Source: Candidatus Aminicenantes bacterium
GTDB lineage: Bacteria > Acidobacteriota > Aminicenantia > Aminicenantales > Saccharicenantaceae
Assembly: GCA_037441295.1 (NCBI GenBank)
Contig: JBBISK010000001.1
Span: forward strand, 1 to 49,900
Length of the DNA: 49,900 bases
Reading direction: 5' to 3'
Below the pieces are notes generated by a model. That model was not told where the DNA came from and did not search any database. It saw nothing but the letters and a program-made list of their open reading frames with translations. The position numbers and the translations under genes were made by a program. Shown here piece after piece: positions 36,247 through 45,572 of this stretch. How positions within the stretch are numbered: position 1 is the first letter of the stretch; the number at the start of each line of letters is the position of its first letter.

Positions 36247-39200
36247 ATGAAGAGGACACGCATTCCGGCGCTCATCGCTCTCGCCGCCCTGGTCGCGGCG
36301 GCCGCCGCGGCAGGCGGCGCCGAGGACGCGGCGGGCGTCAAGGCCAAAGTTGCGGCCCTCGTCGCGCGCTTCCCGGCGGCGAACGCCGCCGACCGCGACG
36401 CCCTCGCGGACGCCATCCTCGTCCTCGGCCCGGCGGCCGTGGCGGACGTCTGCGCCCGGGTCCTGCCGCCGGGCGCTGGCGACGACAGCGCGTCCCGGTT
36501 CACCCTCAACGGCCTGGCCGTCCGGGCCGGCCGTCCGGGCGCGGAAAAGGACAGGCGGCTTGTCTCTCGGGCTCTCATCGATGGCATCCGCGGACCGGCG
36601 GACAAAGAGGTCAAGGCTTTCTTTATCTCCCAACTGGAGCTCGCCGGCGGCCCCGAAGCGGTCAAGCCCCTGGCCGCGTGTCTCGGCGACGAGCGTCTGG
36701 CCGCGCCCGCCGCCCGGGCCCTGCTCGCCATCCGCGCCCCAGGCACGGCCGCGGCCTTCCTCAAGGCCCTCGACGTCGCGTCCGGAGCGGCCAGGGTCAC
36801 GATCGTCGAGGCCCTGGGCGAGCTCCGCAGCCCGGAAGCGGTGAAGAAGCTCCTCCCCTACGCCTCGAGCCCCGACGAGGTTCTCCGGCGGACGGCGCTC
36901 TACGCCCTGGCCAATACCGGTGACCCGGCGGCCGGGCCGGCCCTCGAGCGGTCGCGCGTCGCCGCCCCACTCCACGAGAGGTCCCAGGCCCCCGCCCTTT
37001 ACCTCCTTTACGCCCGGCGGCTCGTCGAGTCGGGCCGGACAGCCGAGGGCCTGGCCGTCGCCCGCGACATCCTGAAATATTACACGGCGCCCGCCGAAAG
37101 CCACGTCGCCTCGAACGCCCTCGGGCTCGTCGTCTCGGCGCTCAAGGACAGGGCACTGCCCGACCTTCTGGCGGCCATGGACGGCCCGAGCGCCGCCCTG
37201 CGCGGCGCGGCCCTCGAGCTCGCGGACTCGCTCCCCGGAGCCGAGGCGACCGCGAAATGGGTCGCGAAGGCGTCCGGCGCACCCCCGGACGTCCGGGCCG
37301 AGGTCGTCGGCATGCTCGGGCGGAGAGGCGACCGGGCGGCGCTCCCGGCCGTGCGCGAGGCGCTTCGCGGCCCCGATAAGGCCGTCCGGCTGGCTGCCAT
37401 CCCAGCCGCCGTGCGCCTCGGCGGCGCCGATGTCCTGCCCGAGATCTATCCTTTCTTCAGCTCAACGGAGGCGGACGAGGTCGCGGCGGCCAAGGACGCG
37501 CTCCTCGGCTTTGAAGCCGGCCGTGTCGTCGCCGAGGCCGCCCGGCTCATCGGCGAAGCGCCGCCCGCGGGCCGGGCCGCCCTTATCGACGTCCTGGCCG
37601 CCAAAGGGGCCCATGACAGGATCGACCTCGTCTTCGCCCAGGCCGGAAGCCCCGAGCCGGCCGTCCGCTCAGCGGCCGTCGCCGCCCTGGCCGCGCTGGC
37701 CGAAGAAAAAGACCTGGCGCGGCTCCTCGACCTCCTTTCCGTCGCTTCGGACAGCGAAGAGACGACCAACCTCGAGAAAGCGGTCGCGGCCGCGGCCGGC
37801 CGGGCCGCAGACCCCGAGCACCGCGCCGACGCCCTGGCCGGCTTCCTTGCGGGCGCGCCGGCGCCGCGCCGGGTCGTCATCCTGAAGGTCCTGCCGCGCG
37901 TCGCCGGGCCGCGCGCCCTCCGGGCGGTCGAGTCGGCCCTCACTGAGAAGGACCCACGGGTCCAGGCCGCGGCCGTCTATGCCCTGTCCCGCTGGCCGGA
38001 TCTTACGGCCGGCGACGACCTCGTTCGCATCGTCTCGAGCGGCGCGAACAATAAGTACGTATCGATGGCCCTCGAAGGCTACGCCAGGATCATCAACGGC
38101 TCCGACCTGCCGGTCTTCAAGAAGCTCGCCCTGCTCAAGGACGCCCTGGCCCTGCCCAAGGAAGAGGCCGGCAAGAAGCTTGTGCTGCGCGGCATCGCGG
38201 AGAATAGGGACCCGGGCGCCTTCCGCCTGCTCGCGGACTCGCTCGGCGGCAAGGAGCTCCGGGCGACGGCCGCCCCGGCCCTCCTCGACATGGCCGCCGA
38301 GCAGGCGCCGGAGGAGCGCTGGCTTTCCGGACACGAGGCCGTCTCCATCCTCGGGCGGGTGGAGGCCGGGGCCGAGGACCCGGCGGAAAGGGAGCTCGCC
38401 GCGCGGACGATCGCCGACCGTCTGCGCCAGGGCGGCTACGTCCCGCTCTTCGACGGCCGGACGCTCGGCGGCTGGAAGGGGCTCGTCGCCGACCCGCCGG
38501 CGCGGGCCAAGATGTCGCCGGAAGAGATGATCAAAGCCCAGGCCGCCGCCGACGAGCGCATGCGGGCCCACTGGACCGTCACCGACGGGCTTCTTGTTTT
38601 CGACGGCAAGGGCGAGAGCTTGTGCACAGCGCGGGACTATGGCGACTTCGAGATGCTCGTCGACTGGAAGATCGCCAAGGCCGGCGACAGCGGCATCTAC
38701 CTCCGCGGCTCTCCCCAGGTCCAGATCTGGGACCCGGACGCCAACCCCGAGGGCTCGGGCGGGCTCTACAACAACCAGAAGAACCCGCGCAAACCGCTGG
38801 AGAAGGCCGACCGCGCGGTCGGCGAGTGGAACACCTTCCGCATCGTCATGATCGGCGAGCGCGTCACGGTCTACCTCAACGACCGGATGGTCGTGGACAA
38901 CACCGTCCTCGAGAACTACTGGGAGCGCGACAAGCCGATCTACCCGACGGGGCAGCTCGAGCTCCAGGCCCACGGCAACCCGCTCTGGTTCAGGAATATC
39001 TGGGTCCGGGAAATCCCGCGCGATACGGCCGCGCCCGCCCTATCCGAGAGCGAAAAGGACGAGGGCTTCGTGCCCATCTTCGACGGCAGGGACCTCGGCG
39101 GCTGGACGGGCGACGCCAAGGGATACCAGGCCGAGAACGGCCGCATCGTCGTCCACCCCGAGCTCGGCGGCGGCAATCTCTACACGGAGAAGGAATACGC

Positions 39201-39636
39201 CGACTTCGTCCTCAGGTTCGAGTTCCGGCTGACCCCCGCCGCTAACAACGGCGTCGGCATCCGGGCGCCGCTCGAGGGGGACGCCGCCTACGCCGGAATG
39301 GAGGTCCAGGTCCTCGAGGACGGCTCGCCGGTCTACTGGAACCTCCAGCCGTACCAGTACCATGGCTCGGTCTACGGCGTCGCGCCGGCCCGGCGCGGCG
39401 TGCTGCGGCCGGTCGGCGAATGGAACACCGAGGAAATCGTCGCCCGCGGGCGGAAGGTCACGGTCACCGTCAACGGGACGAGGATCGCCGACGCCGACCT
39501 CGATCGGGCGAGCGCCGGCGGCACCATCGACCATCGCGACCATCCGGGCCTGGCGCGTGACCGCGGCCACATCGGCTTCCTCGGCCACGGCTCGATCGTC
39601 GAGTTCCGGAATATCCGGCTCAGGGAGTTGAAGTAG
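36247..39636 (+). CDS. Secreted HEAT-repeat protein with two C-terminal DUF1080 (3-keto-disaccharide hydrolase-like) domains
   Basis: Start at MKRTRIPALIALAALVAAAAA. The first ~780 aa are Ala/Leu-rich helical HEAT-like repeats. Two jelly-roll modules follow: PLFDGRTLGGWKG...LELQAHGNPLWFRNIWVREI and PIFDGRDLGGWTG...GHIGFLGHGSIVEFRNIRLRE. Confidence 0.8.
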   Translation: MKRTRIPALIALAALVAAAAAAGGAEDAAGVKAKVAALVARFPAANAADRDALADAILVLGPAAVADVCARVLPPGAGDDSASRFTLNGLAVRAGRPGAEKDRRLVSRALIDGIRGPADKEVKAFFISQLELAGGPEAVKPLAACLGDERLAAPAARALLAIRAPGTAAAFLKALDVASGAARVTIVEALGELRSPEAVKKLLPYASSPDEVLRRTALYALANTGDPAAGPALERSRVAAPLHERSQAPALYLLYARRLVESGRTAEGLAVARDILKYYTAPAESHVASNALGLVVSALKDRALPDLLAAMDGPSAALRGAALELADSLPGAEATAKWVAKASGAPPDVRAEVVGMLGRRGDRAALPAVREALRGPDKAVRLAAIPAAVRLGGADVLPEIYPFFSSTEADEVAAAKDALLGFEAGRVVAEAARLIGEAPPAGRAALIDVLAAKGAHDRIDLVFAQAGSPEPAVRSAAVAALAALAEEKDLARLLDLLSVASDSEETTNLEKAVAAAAGRAADPEHRADALAGFLAGAPAPRRVVILKVLPRVAGPRALRAVESALTEKDPRVQAAAVYALSRWPDLTAGDDLVRIVSSGANNKYVSMALEGYARIINGSDLPVFKKLALLKDALALPKEEAGKKLVLRGIAENRDPGAFRLLADSLGGKELRATAAPALLDMAAEQAPEERWLSGHEAVSILGRVEAGAEDPAERELAARTIADRLRQGGYVPLFDGRTLGGWKGLVADPPARAKMSPEEMIKAQAAADERMRAHWTVTDGLLVFDGKGESLCTARDYGDFEMLVDWKIAKAGDSGIYLRGSPQVQIWDPDANPEGSGGLYNNQKNPRKPLEKADRAVGEWNTFRIVMIGERVTVYLNDRMVVDNTVLENYWERDKPIYPTGQLELQAHGNPLWFRNIWVREIPRDTAAPALSESEKDEGFVPIFDGRDLGGWTGDAKGYQAENGRIVVHPELGGGNLYTEKEYADFVLRFEFRLTPAANNGVGIRAPLEGDAAYAGMEVQVLEDGSPVYWNLQPYQYHGSVYGVAPARRGVLRPVGEWNTEEIVARGRKVTVTVNGTRIADADLDRASAGGTIDHRDHPGLARDRGHIGFLGHGSIVEFRNIRLRELK

Positions 39637-39645
39637 GCGGGGCGG

Positions 39646-41247
39646 TCAGCGAGGGCGCCGAGCGAGGCCCAGCGCCTCGCGCATGACGGCGTTGACCTGG
39701 GTGTTGTCGATGATGGGACCCGGGTACCAGAGGCCTTCGTAACCCAAGAACAGGCGGGCCGCGGCCCCCCTGGCGGCCAAGGTCACGAGTTCGTTGGTGT
39801 GGCCGATGGTCGAATAGCTAACCTCGCCCCCAGGATAGAAGAAGGGGGACTTCCCGGGAGGGACCCATGGGCCGACGGGGACGTGCCGGCGGCCGTTGGC
39901 CGCCTGCCCGGGTTCGGAAACGTGGGCCTCGGCGGACGCCGGCCTGGCGATCTGGCGCGGCAGCTCCCCGGAGGCCAAAGGCCGATGCGGGTTCAGCCGC
40001 AGCCCGCCCGTCGCATGGTCGGCCGTGACGATGAGCAGCGTGTTCGTCCAGTCGATATCGTCGCCCGGCCGGTCGACGAAGGCAATGGCCGCCCGGACGG
40101 CCGCGTCGAGGTCGGCAACGCAGGCGACCATCCGCCGGAAGTCGTTGTCGTGGTTGGCCCAGTCGATATCGCCCTGCTCGACCATGAGGAAGAAGCCGCG
40201 GGGGTTCCGGCCGAGGACCTCGAGCGCGGCGACGGTGGCGTCCTCGAGGGTGGGGTCTCCGGCGGACTCGCGCGTGAAGCGCGGCGCGCCCGGGCTCTCT
40301 TCCGGGAGGGCCGGGCCGAAGTTGCCGCCGGGCCCGCCGAACAGGCCGAAGAGCTTCTTGCCCCGGGCGACCGCTTCCCCGGCCGCCGCGGCGAGCGTCC
40401 GGCCGCCGTCGGCGCCGGCCTTCTCCTCGGCCAGGATGTAGTCGTTCGAGCCCTGAAGGGCGTGGTAGAGCTTCTCCGAGATATAGCCCTTTTTCGGGTC
40501 GAATCCGGGGTTATCGAAAAGAGGGTGCCCGGCGCCGATTACGACATCGGGTTTCGTCCGGAGGATAACCTCGTCGGCGATGCCGAGCCCGTCGTATCCC
40601 CTGTAGCCGGTGTAGTAATGGCCCCGGCTGGTGTTGTGGCTGACGAAGCCCGCCGGTGTCGCGTGGCTGAAGGGCACGGTCGTGACGACGCCGATCGCGC
40701 CGCCGGCCGCGGCCCGGAAGTCCTCGGCGATCGTCGGCAGGCGGCCGTCCGGAGCGTCGCCGGGCCGCCAGGCGATGTTGCCGCTGATCGTCTTGACGCC
40801 CGTGGCCAGGGCCGTGGCGGCCGAGGCGGAGTCTGTGGCGGGCGCGGCCACGGGCCGGTCGGCACCCGTCGACCCCTCGTCCGGGTACGGGCGGGCCCCT
40901 TCCCGGCGGACGTCGTAGCCCATGGACGGAGTGAAGACGGCCTCCGAATAAGCCGGACGGGCGGCGGCCTTGGCGTTGAGGTCATAGGCCGTGACGTCCC
41001 AGGTCGCGGCGTACCACTGGCCGGGGAGGGAGTGCCAGGCCAGGGTCCGGTCCCTGCCGGTGAGGTAGCGGCTGCCGGCGATCTCTGATTCGAGCGACAT
41101 GCCGTCGCCGATGAAGAGGATGACGTGCTTGGCCCGGGGCTCGGGCGGCGCGGGCGAGGGGGAAGGCCCGGCGGCGACGAGATGCAGCGCGGCCGCGGCC
41201 GCCAGGACCGCGAGCGAACTCCTCAGTGTCGTCCGGCGTTTCAGCAT
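39646..41247 (-). CDS. Secreted alkaline phosphatase (PhoA family)
   Basis: Has a signal peptide. Motifs are ILFIGDGMS, the active-site TDSASAATALATG, and VTADH. Confidence 0.88.
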   Translation of the reverse strand: MLKRRTTLRSSLAVLAAAAALHLVAAGPSPSPAPPEPRAKHVILFIGDGMSLESEIAGSRYLTGRDRTLAWHSLPGQWYAATWDVTAYDLNAKAAARPAYSEAVFTPSMGYDVRREGARPYPDEGSTGADRPVAAPATDSASAATALATGVKTISGNIAWRPGDAPDGRLPTIAEDFRAAAGGAIGVVTTVPFSHATPAGFVSHNTSRGHYYTGYRGYDGLGIADEVILRTKPDVVIGAGHPLFDNPGFDPKKGYISEKLYHALQGSNDYILAEEKAGADGGRTLAAAAGEAVARGKKLFGLFGGPGGNFGPALPEESPGAPRFTRESAGDPTLEDATVAALEVLGRNPRGFFLMVEQGDIDWANHDNDFRRMVACVADLDAAVRAAIAFVDRPGDDIDWTNTLLIVTADHATGGLRLNPHRPLASGELPRQIARPASAEAHVSEPGQAANGRRHVPVGPWVPPGKSPFFYPGGEVSYSTIGHTNELVTLAARGAAARLFLGYEGLWYPGPIIDNTQVNAVMREALGLARRPR

Positions 41248-41309
41248 GACCCTCTATTATACCCCGCGGGAAAAACCGGGCGAACGAGGCTCGCGGACGC
41301 CGCGGTCCC

Positions 41310-41665
41310 TCAGGCCTTTCGGACCTCCCCGATGGGCAGGACCGTCCGGCCCCTGGCCTCGTTCAGGACCTCGGCCATGGCCAGGTAGATCGCCGAAAGC
41401 CCGCACAGGATGCCCTCGAAGCCGGCGGCTCTCCCGACGAGCGCCGAGCCGGTCCAGTCGCGCGTGGCCAGCAGCCAGAACAGGACCGTCAGGCTCAGGA
41501 AGACGAACTGGATGGCCCGGTTCTTGCCGAAGGTCCCGAGCCACATGAAGAAGGTGAACAGGCCCCACAGGAAGAGGTACCAGCCTATGAACGGGACGGG
41601 GTCGCGCCGCCGTTCGGCGCGTTCAGGCCGAGGGGCGCGGGGTTGGCCAGCTCGGTGTCGTCCAT
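41310..41665 (-). pseudogene. Remnant of a GPR1/FUN34/YaaH (SatP-type acetate channel) gene: frameshifted and internally deleted
   Basis: An RBS (AAGGAGGG) and the ATG at 41665 give MDDTELANPAPLGLNAPNGGATPSRS*, which contains the family signature NPAPLGL. A different frame (ORF 41310..41714) then encodes only the C-terminal three helices, FIGWYLFLWGLFTFFMWLGT... Confidence 0.6.
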
Positions 41666-41766
41666 CTTGACCCTCCTTGGGGAATGAAAAATGGTTTTTT
41701 ATGGTATATCTCACCCTTCGCGGGTGTCAAGATGGAGACGGGGCGCCGGCCGGTCCGTCGGCGGCG

Positions 41767-42201
41767 TTACTTGAGCTTGACGTCGACCTCGTTCAACCAA
41801 ATCCCGTGGATATTGCAGCGCTCGAAAACCTTGAGTTTCTCGGGAAAGGCCGCCAAGTGGAAGGTCGCGGTCGGAGCCGAGTCGGTGGGTTTGAATTCGT
41901 GCTTGGCCAGGACCTTGCCGTTGACGTCCTCGACCCGGATCCACATGATGTAGTGCGGCTTGTTGGGATCCATGGGGTGGTTGTCGACCTTTACCGTGAC
42001 CATCAGCGCCGTGCCCATTTTTTCCAAGGTGACCTGGGGAACGTGGGTCTTGGCCACCGCCTCATTCCAGGGGCCGAAGAATTTGGCCGTAAAGGGCTTC
42101 GCCTGGCCCGCTTCCTGGGACCCCCGAGTGACGGTCGAGAGCGCGACGAGGCCGGCAACCACTAGAACGACGGGAACGAGGACCGAAAGAATCTTTTTCA
42201 T
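41767..42201 (-). CDS. Superoxide-reductase-like (desulfoferrodoxin Fe-binding domain) protein with N-terminal signal/anchor
   Basis: Start at MKKILSVLVPVVLVVAGLVAL, preceded by the RBS GAGGAGGG. SOR centre II ligand pattern is present: KTHVP, HPMDPNKPHYIMWI and CNIHGIW. Confidence 0.7.
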   Translation of the reverse strand: MKKILSVLVPVVLVVAGLVALSTVTRGSQEAGQAKPFTAKFFGPWNEAVAKTHVPQVTLEKMGTALMVTVKVDNHPMDPNKPHYIMWIRVEDVNGKVLAKHEFKPTDSAPTATFHLAAFPEKLKVFERCNIHGIWLNEVDVKLK

Positions 42202-42304
42202 CTCACCCTCCTCGATTCCGGGCATCCGCCCGGCTCGCATCCAATATCCCAGAATCCTGACAAAATTTCAAGGAAGGGGAAAAGAGGGACTGTCCCTCTT
42301 CTTC

Positions 42305-43552
42305 TTACATTCCGTACTTGGCGATGATCTCCTGCTTCGTCTTGCCCAGGATGTCGAACTTCTTGCCGACCTTTTTGAACGCGTCCAGGGCCGTGTCGAG
42401 GTGACGGGTCTCGTGGCCGGCCGAGATCTGCGTCCGGATCCGGGCCTGGCCCTGCGGCACCACGGGGAAGAAGAAGCCGATGGCGTAGATCCCCTCGTCG
42501 TAGAGGGCCCGCGAGAAGTCCTGCGACAGCTTGGCGTTGAAGAACATGACCGGCACGATCGGCGTGTCCCCTTCCTTGAGGACGAACCCGGCCTCGGTCA
42601 GCCCCTTGCGCCAGTAGGCGGCGTTGCGCTCGAGCTTGTCGCGCCGCTCGGTCGACTTCGACAGGATGTCCATGACCTTGAGGACGCCGGCCACGACGAC
42701 CGGGGCGATCGTGTTCGAGAAAAGATACGGCCTGGCCCGCTGCCGGCACATCTCGACGAGCTCGCGGCGGCCGCTGACGCAGCCCCCGGACGCCCCGCCG
42801 AGGGCCTTGCCGAAGGTCGTGGTGATGACGTCGATCTTGCCCAGGACGCCGCACTTCTCGTGGGTGCCGCGCCCGGTCTTGCCGATGAAGCCCGAGGCGT
42901 GGGACTCGTCGACGAGGAGCATGGCGTCGTACTTCTCGCACAGGGCGGCCATCTCGTCGAGCTTGGCCGTGTCGCCGTCCATGGAGAAGACGCCGTCGGT
43001 GATGACGACCTTCATCCGCTTGTCGGCGTGGAGCTGGAGCTTCTCCTCGAGGTGGCCCATGTCGGAGTGCTTGAAGGTGTCGTGCATGGCGCTGCACAGC
43101 CGGATGCCGTCGACGAGCGAGGCGTGGACGAGCCGGTCCGAGATCATGACGTCATCCTTGGTCAGGATGGCCTCGAAGACGCCGGCGTTGGCGTCCATGC
43201 AGGAGGGGAAGAGGAGGGTGTCCTCTGTCCCCAGGAACTCGGTCAGGCGATGCTCGAGCTCGCGGTGGATGTCCTGGGTGCCGCAGATGAAGCGGACCGA
43301 GGACATGCCGTAGCCGCGCGACTCGAGCCCCTCGTGCGCCGCCTTGACCACGTCGGGGTGGCTCGACAGCCCCAGGTAGTTGTTGGCGCACATGTTGATG
43401 ACCTTCCGCAGGGGCGAGCCGGCCGGGAACTCGACCTCGATGTCGGCCGCCTGGGGGGAGTGGATGAACCGCTCCTGCTTGAAGAGCCCGGCGTCCTGGA
43501 TGCCCTTGATCTGGGCCTGGTACGTGCCGCGGACGTTGTCGCTGTAGGCCAT
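42305..43552 (-). CDS. Alpha-oxoamine synthase, glycine C-acetyltransferase (Kbl)-like paralog with C-terminal extension
   Basis: Motifs are [30 protein letters not shown] and [12 protein letters not shown] (PLP Lys). By eye it is ~50% identical to the second kbl at 46684..47883. Confidence 0.85.
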   Translation of the reverse strand: MAYSDNVRGTYQAQIKGIQDAGLFKQERFIHSPQAADIEVEFPAGSPLRKVINMCANNYLGLSSHPDVVKAAHEGLESRGYGMSSVRFICGTQDIHRELEHRLTEFLGTEDTLLFPSCMDANAGVFEAILTKDDVMISDRLVHASLVDGIRLCSAMHDTFKHSDMGHLEEKLQLHADKRMKVVITDGVFSMDGDTAKLDEMAALCEKYDAMLLVDESHASGFIGKTGRGTHEKCGVLGKIDVITTTFGKALGGASGGCVSGRRELVEMCRQRARPYLFSNTIAPVVVAGVLKVMDILSKSTERRDKLERNAAYWRKGLTEAGFVLKEGDTPIVPVMFFNAKLSQDFSRALYDEGIYAIGFFFPVVPQGQARIRTQISAGHETRHLDTALDAFKKVGKKFDILGKTKQEIIAKYGM

Positions 43553-43572
43553 GATGTCAACTCCCTACTTTC

Positions 43573-43830
43573 TTACTTCTTCGCCACGAACTCTTCGACC
43601 AGGGTCGCGATCTTGTTGACCGAGTCGAAGGCCTCGGGGGTCGCCTTGTCGTCGGGGATCTGGATGGCGTACTTGTTCTCGAGGAACCGCTTCAGCGAGA
43701 CCATCGAGAACGAGTCGACGATGCCGCCCGAAATGAGGGGCGTATCATAGGTCAGCGGCTCGCTGTCGTCCTCGAGGTATTCCTTGGTGACGTACTTCAG
43801 GACGATGTCCTTCAGGCCTTCGATTGCCAT
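43573..43830 (-). CDS. Carrier protein (phosphopantetheine-binding, DltC-like)
   Basis: 85 aa. GGIVDSFSMVSL carries the DSx Ser attachment motif. The overall pattern resembles D-alanyl carrier proteins more than FAS AcpP. Confidence 0.8.
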   Translation of the reverse strand: MAIEGLKDIVLKYVTKEYLEDDSEPLTYDTPLISGGIVDSFSMVSLKRFLENKYAIQIPDDKATPEAFDSVNKIATLVEEFVAKK

Positions 43831-43846
43831 GGTATGACTCCTTTAT

Positions 43847-45550
43847 CTAATCGTTTTCGAGCGTCGAGGTGTCGCCGATCTCCTCGCCCCATTCCTTGGC
43901 GTGGAGGATGCGGCGCATGATCTTGCCGCTCCGCGTCTTGGGGAGCGACGGCACGAACTCGATCTCCTGGGGCATGGCCAGCGGCGAGAGCTTCTTGCGG
44001 ATGAAGTTCATGATGTCGAGGTCGAGGTCCTTGCTCGGCGCGAAGCCCGGCTTGAGGGTGACGAAGGCCTTGACGACCTCGAGGTTGATCGGGTCGGGCT
44101 TGCTGACGACGGCCGACTCGGCCACGGCCGGGTGCTCGAGGAGGGCCGATTCGACCTCGAACGGGCTGACGAGGTGGCCGGCGGTGTTGATGATGTCGTC
44201 GTCGCGGCCGGCGAACCAGAAGTAGCCGTCCTTGTCGAGCTTGGAGCGGTCGCCGGTGATATACCAGCCGCCGCGGAACTTCTTCTCGAAGGCCTCCTTG
44301 TTGTTCCAGTAGGTCCGCATCCGCGAGGGCCAATCGTACTTGAGGCCGACGAGGCCGATCTTGCCGTGCGCCGGGTACGGCTCGTTCTTCGAGGGGTCGA
44401 GGACGGCGCCGGTGATGCCGGGGAACGGCTTGCCCATGGAGCCCGGCCGCACCTCCATGCCCGGATAGTTGCCGATGACGATGCAGCCGGTCTCGGTCTG
44501 CCAGTAGGTGTCGTAGAAGGGCTTGCCGAAGACCTTCTCGGACCAGACGACGGCCTCGGAGTTGAGGGGTTCGCCGACGCTCGCGAGATGCCGGAGCGAG
44601 GAGAGGTCGAACTTCTTGACGATCTCGTCGCCGGCCTTCATCAGGGAGCGGATGGCCGTCGGGGCGGAGTACCACATCGAGACCCGCCGCTTCTCGATCC
44701 ACTTGTACCAGGCCTCGGCCGAAAATCCGGCGTCGAGGACGCACTGGGTGACGCCCAGGGCGAAGGGGGCGATAATGCCGTAGGAGGTGCCGGTGACCCA
44801 GCCGGGGTCGGCCGTGCACCAGTAGATGTCGTCGTCGCGGAGGTCGAGGACCCACTTGGCCGTGAGGTACTGGGAGATGAGCGAGTAGTGGACGTGCTGG
44901 ACGCCCTTCGGCATGCCCGTCGTGCCCGAGGTGTAGTGGAGGACCGAGGGCGACTCGGCCAGCGTCGGGTGGACGCCGAATTTCTCGACGGGCGCGGCCT
45001 TCTCGAGCGAAAAGGCGACTTCGCGGTCCTTGAGCGGGGCGACGCCGTCGTAATCGACGACGATGATGTGGCGGAGGTGGGGCAGCTTGTCGAGGATCTT
45101 CCGGACCTTGGGGGCGTGCTTCTTCTGAGTGACGACGGCCGAGGTCTCGGCGTTCGAGAGCCGGACGAAGAGCGACTCGTCGCCGAAGGCCGAGAAGAGG
45201 GGCTGGGCGATGCCGCCCATCTTCAGGATGCCGAGAAACCCCAGGTAGAGCTCGGGGATGCGGTCCATGAACAAGCAGACGCGCTCGCCCGGCTGGAGCC
45301 CGAGGCCGCGGAGGAAGGCGCCGATGGTGTTCGTGGCCAGGCGGATGTCGTTGTAGGTGTAGGTCTTCTCCGCGCCGGTGAAGCCCTCCCAGTGGAGGGC
45401 GACCTTCGAGCCCTTGCCCTGGGCGCAGATCCGGTCGGTGCAGTGCCAGCCGATGTTGAGGACGTCGCCGGGCTTCCACCCGAGCTCCTTTTCCGCGATC
45501 TGCCAGGAGAAGTTCTTCAGCCGCTCGTCGTAGGAGCCGATGTTCGACAT
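43847..45550 (-). CDS. AMP-forming acyl/acetyl-CoA synthetase-like adenylating enzyme (AcsA type)
   Basis: Start at MSNIGSYDERL (RBS GGAGG). Motifs are YTSGTTGMPKGV, YSAPTAIR, YWQTETG and PKTRSGKIMRR. The 5' extension of ORF 43847..45814 overlaps acpS. Confidence 0.85.
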   Translation of the reverse strand: MSNIGSYDERLKNFSWQIAEKELGWKPGDVLNIGWHCTDRICAQGKGSKVALHWEGFTGAEKTYTYNDIRLATNTIGAFLRGLGLQPGERVCLFMDRIPELYLGFLGILKMGGIAQPLFSAFGDESLFVRLSNAETSAVVTQKKHAPKVRKILDKLPHLRHIIVVDYDGVAPLKDREVAFSLEKAAPVEKFGVHPTLAESPSVLHYTSGTTGMPKGVQHVHYSLISQYLTAKWVLDLRDDDIYWCTADPGWVTGTSYGIIAPFALGVTQCVLDAGFSAEAWYKWIEKRRVSMWYSAPTAIRSLMKAGDEIVKKFDLSSLRHLASVGEPLNSEAVVWSEKVFGKPFYDTYWQTETGCIVIGNYPGMEVRPGSMGKPFPGITGAVLDPSKNEPYPAHGKIGLVGLKYDWPSRMRTYWNNKEAFEKKFRGGWYITGDRSKLDKDGYFWFAGRDDDIINTAGHLVSPFEVESALLEHPAVAESAVVSKPDPINLEVVKAFVTLKPGFAPSKDLDLDIMNFIRKKLSPLAMPQEIEFVPSLPKTRSGKIMRRILHAKEWGEEIGDTSTLEND

Positions 45551-45572
45551 GTGTTCGATCCTCCGTTCGGGC

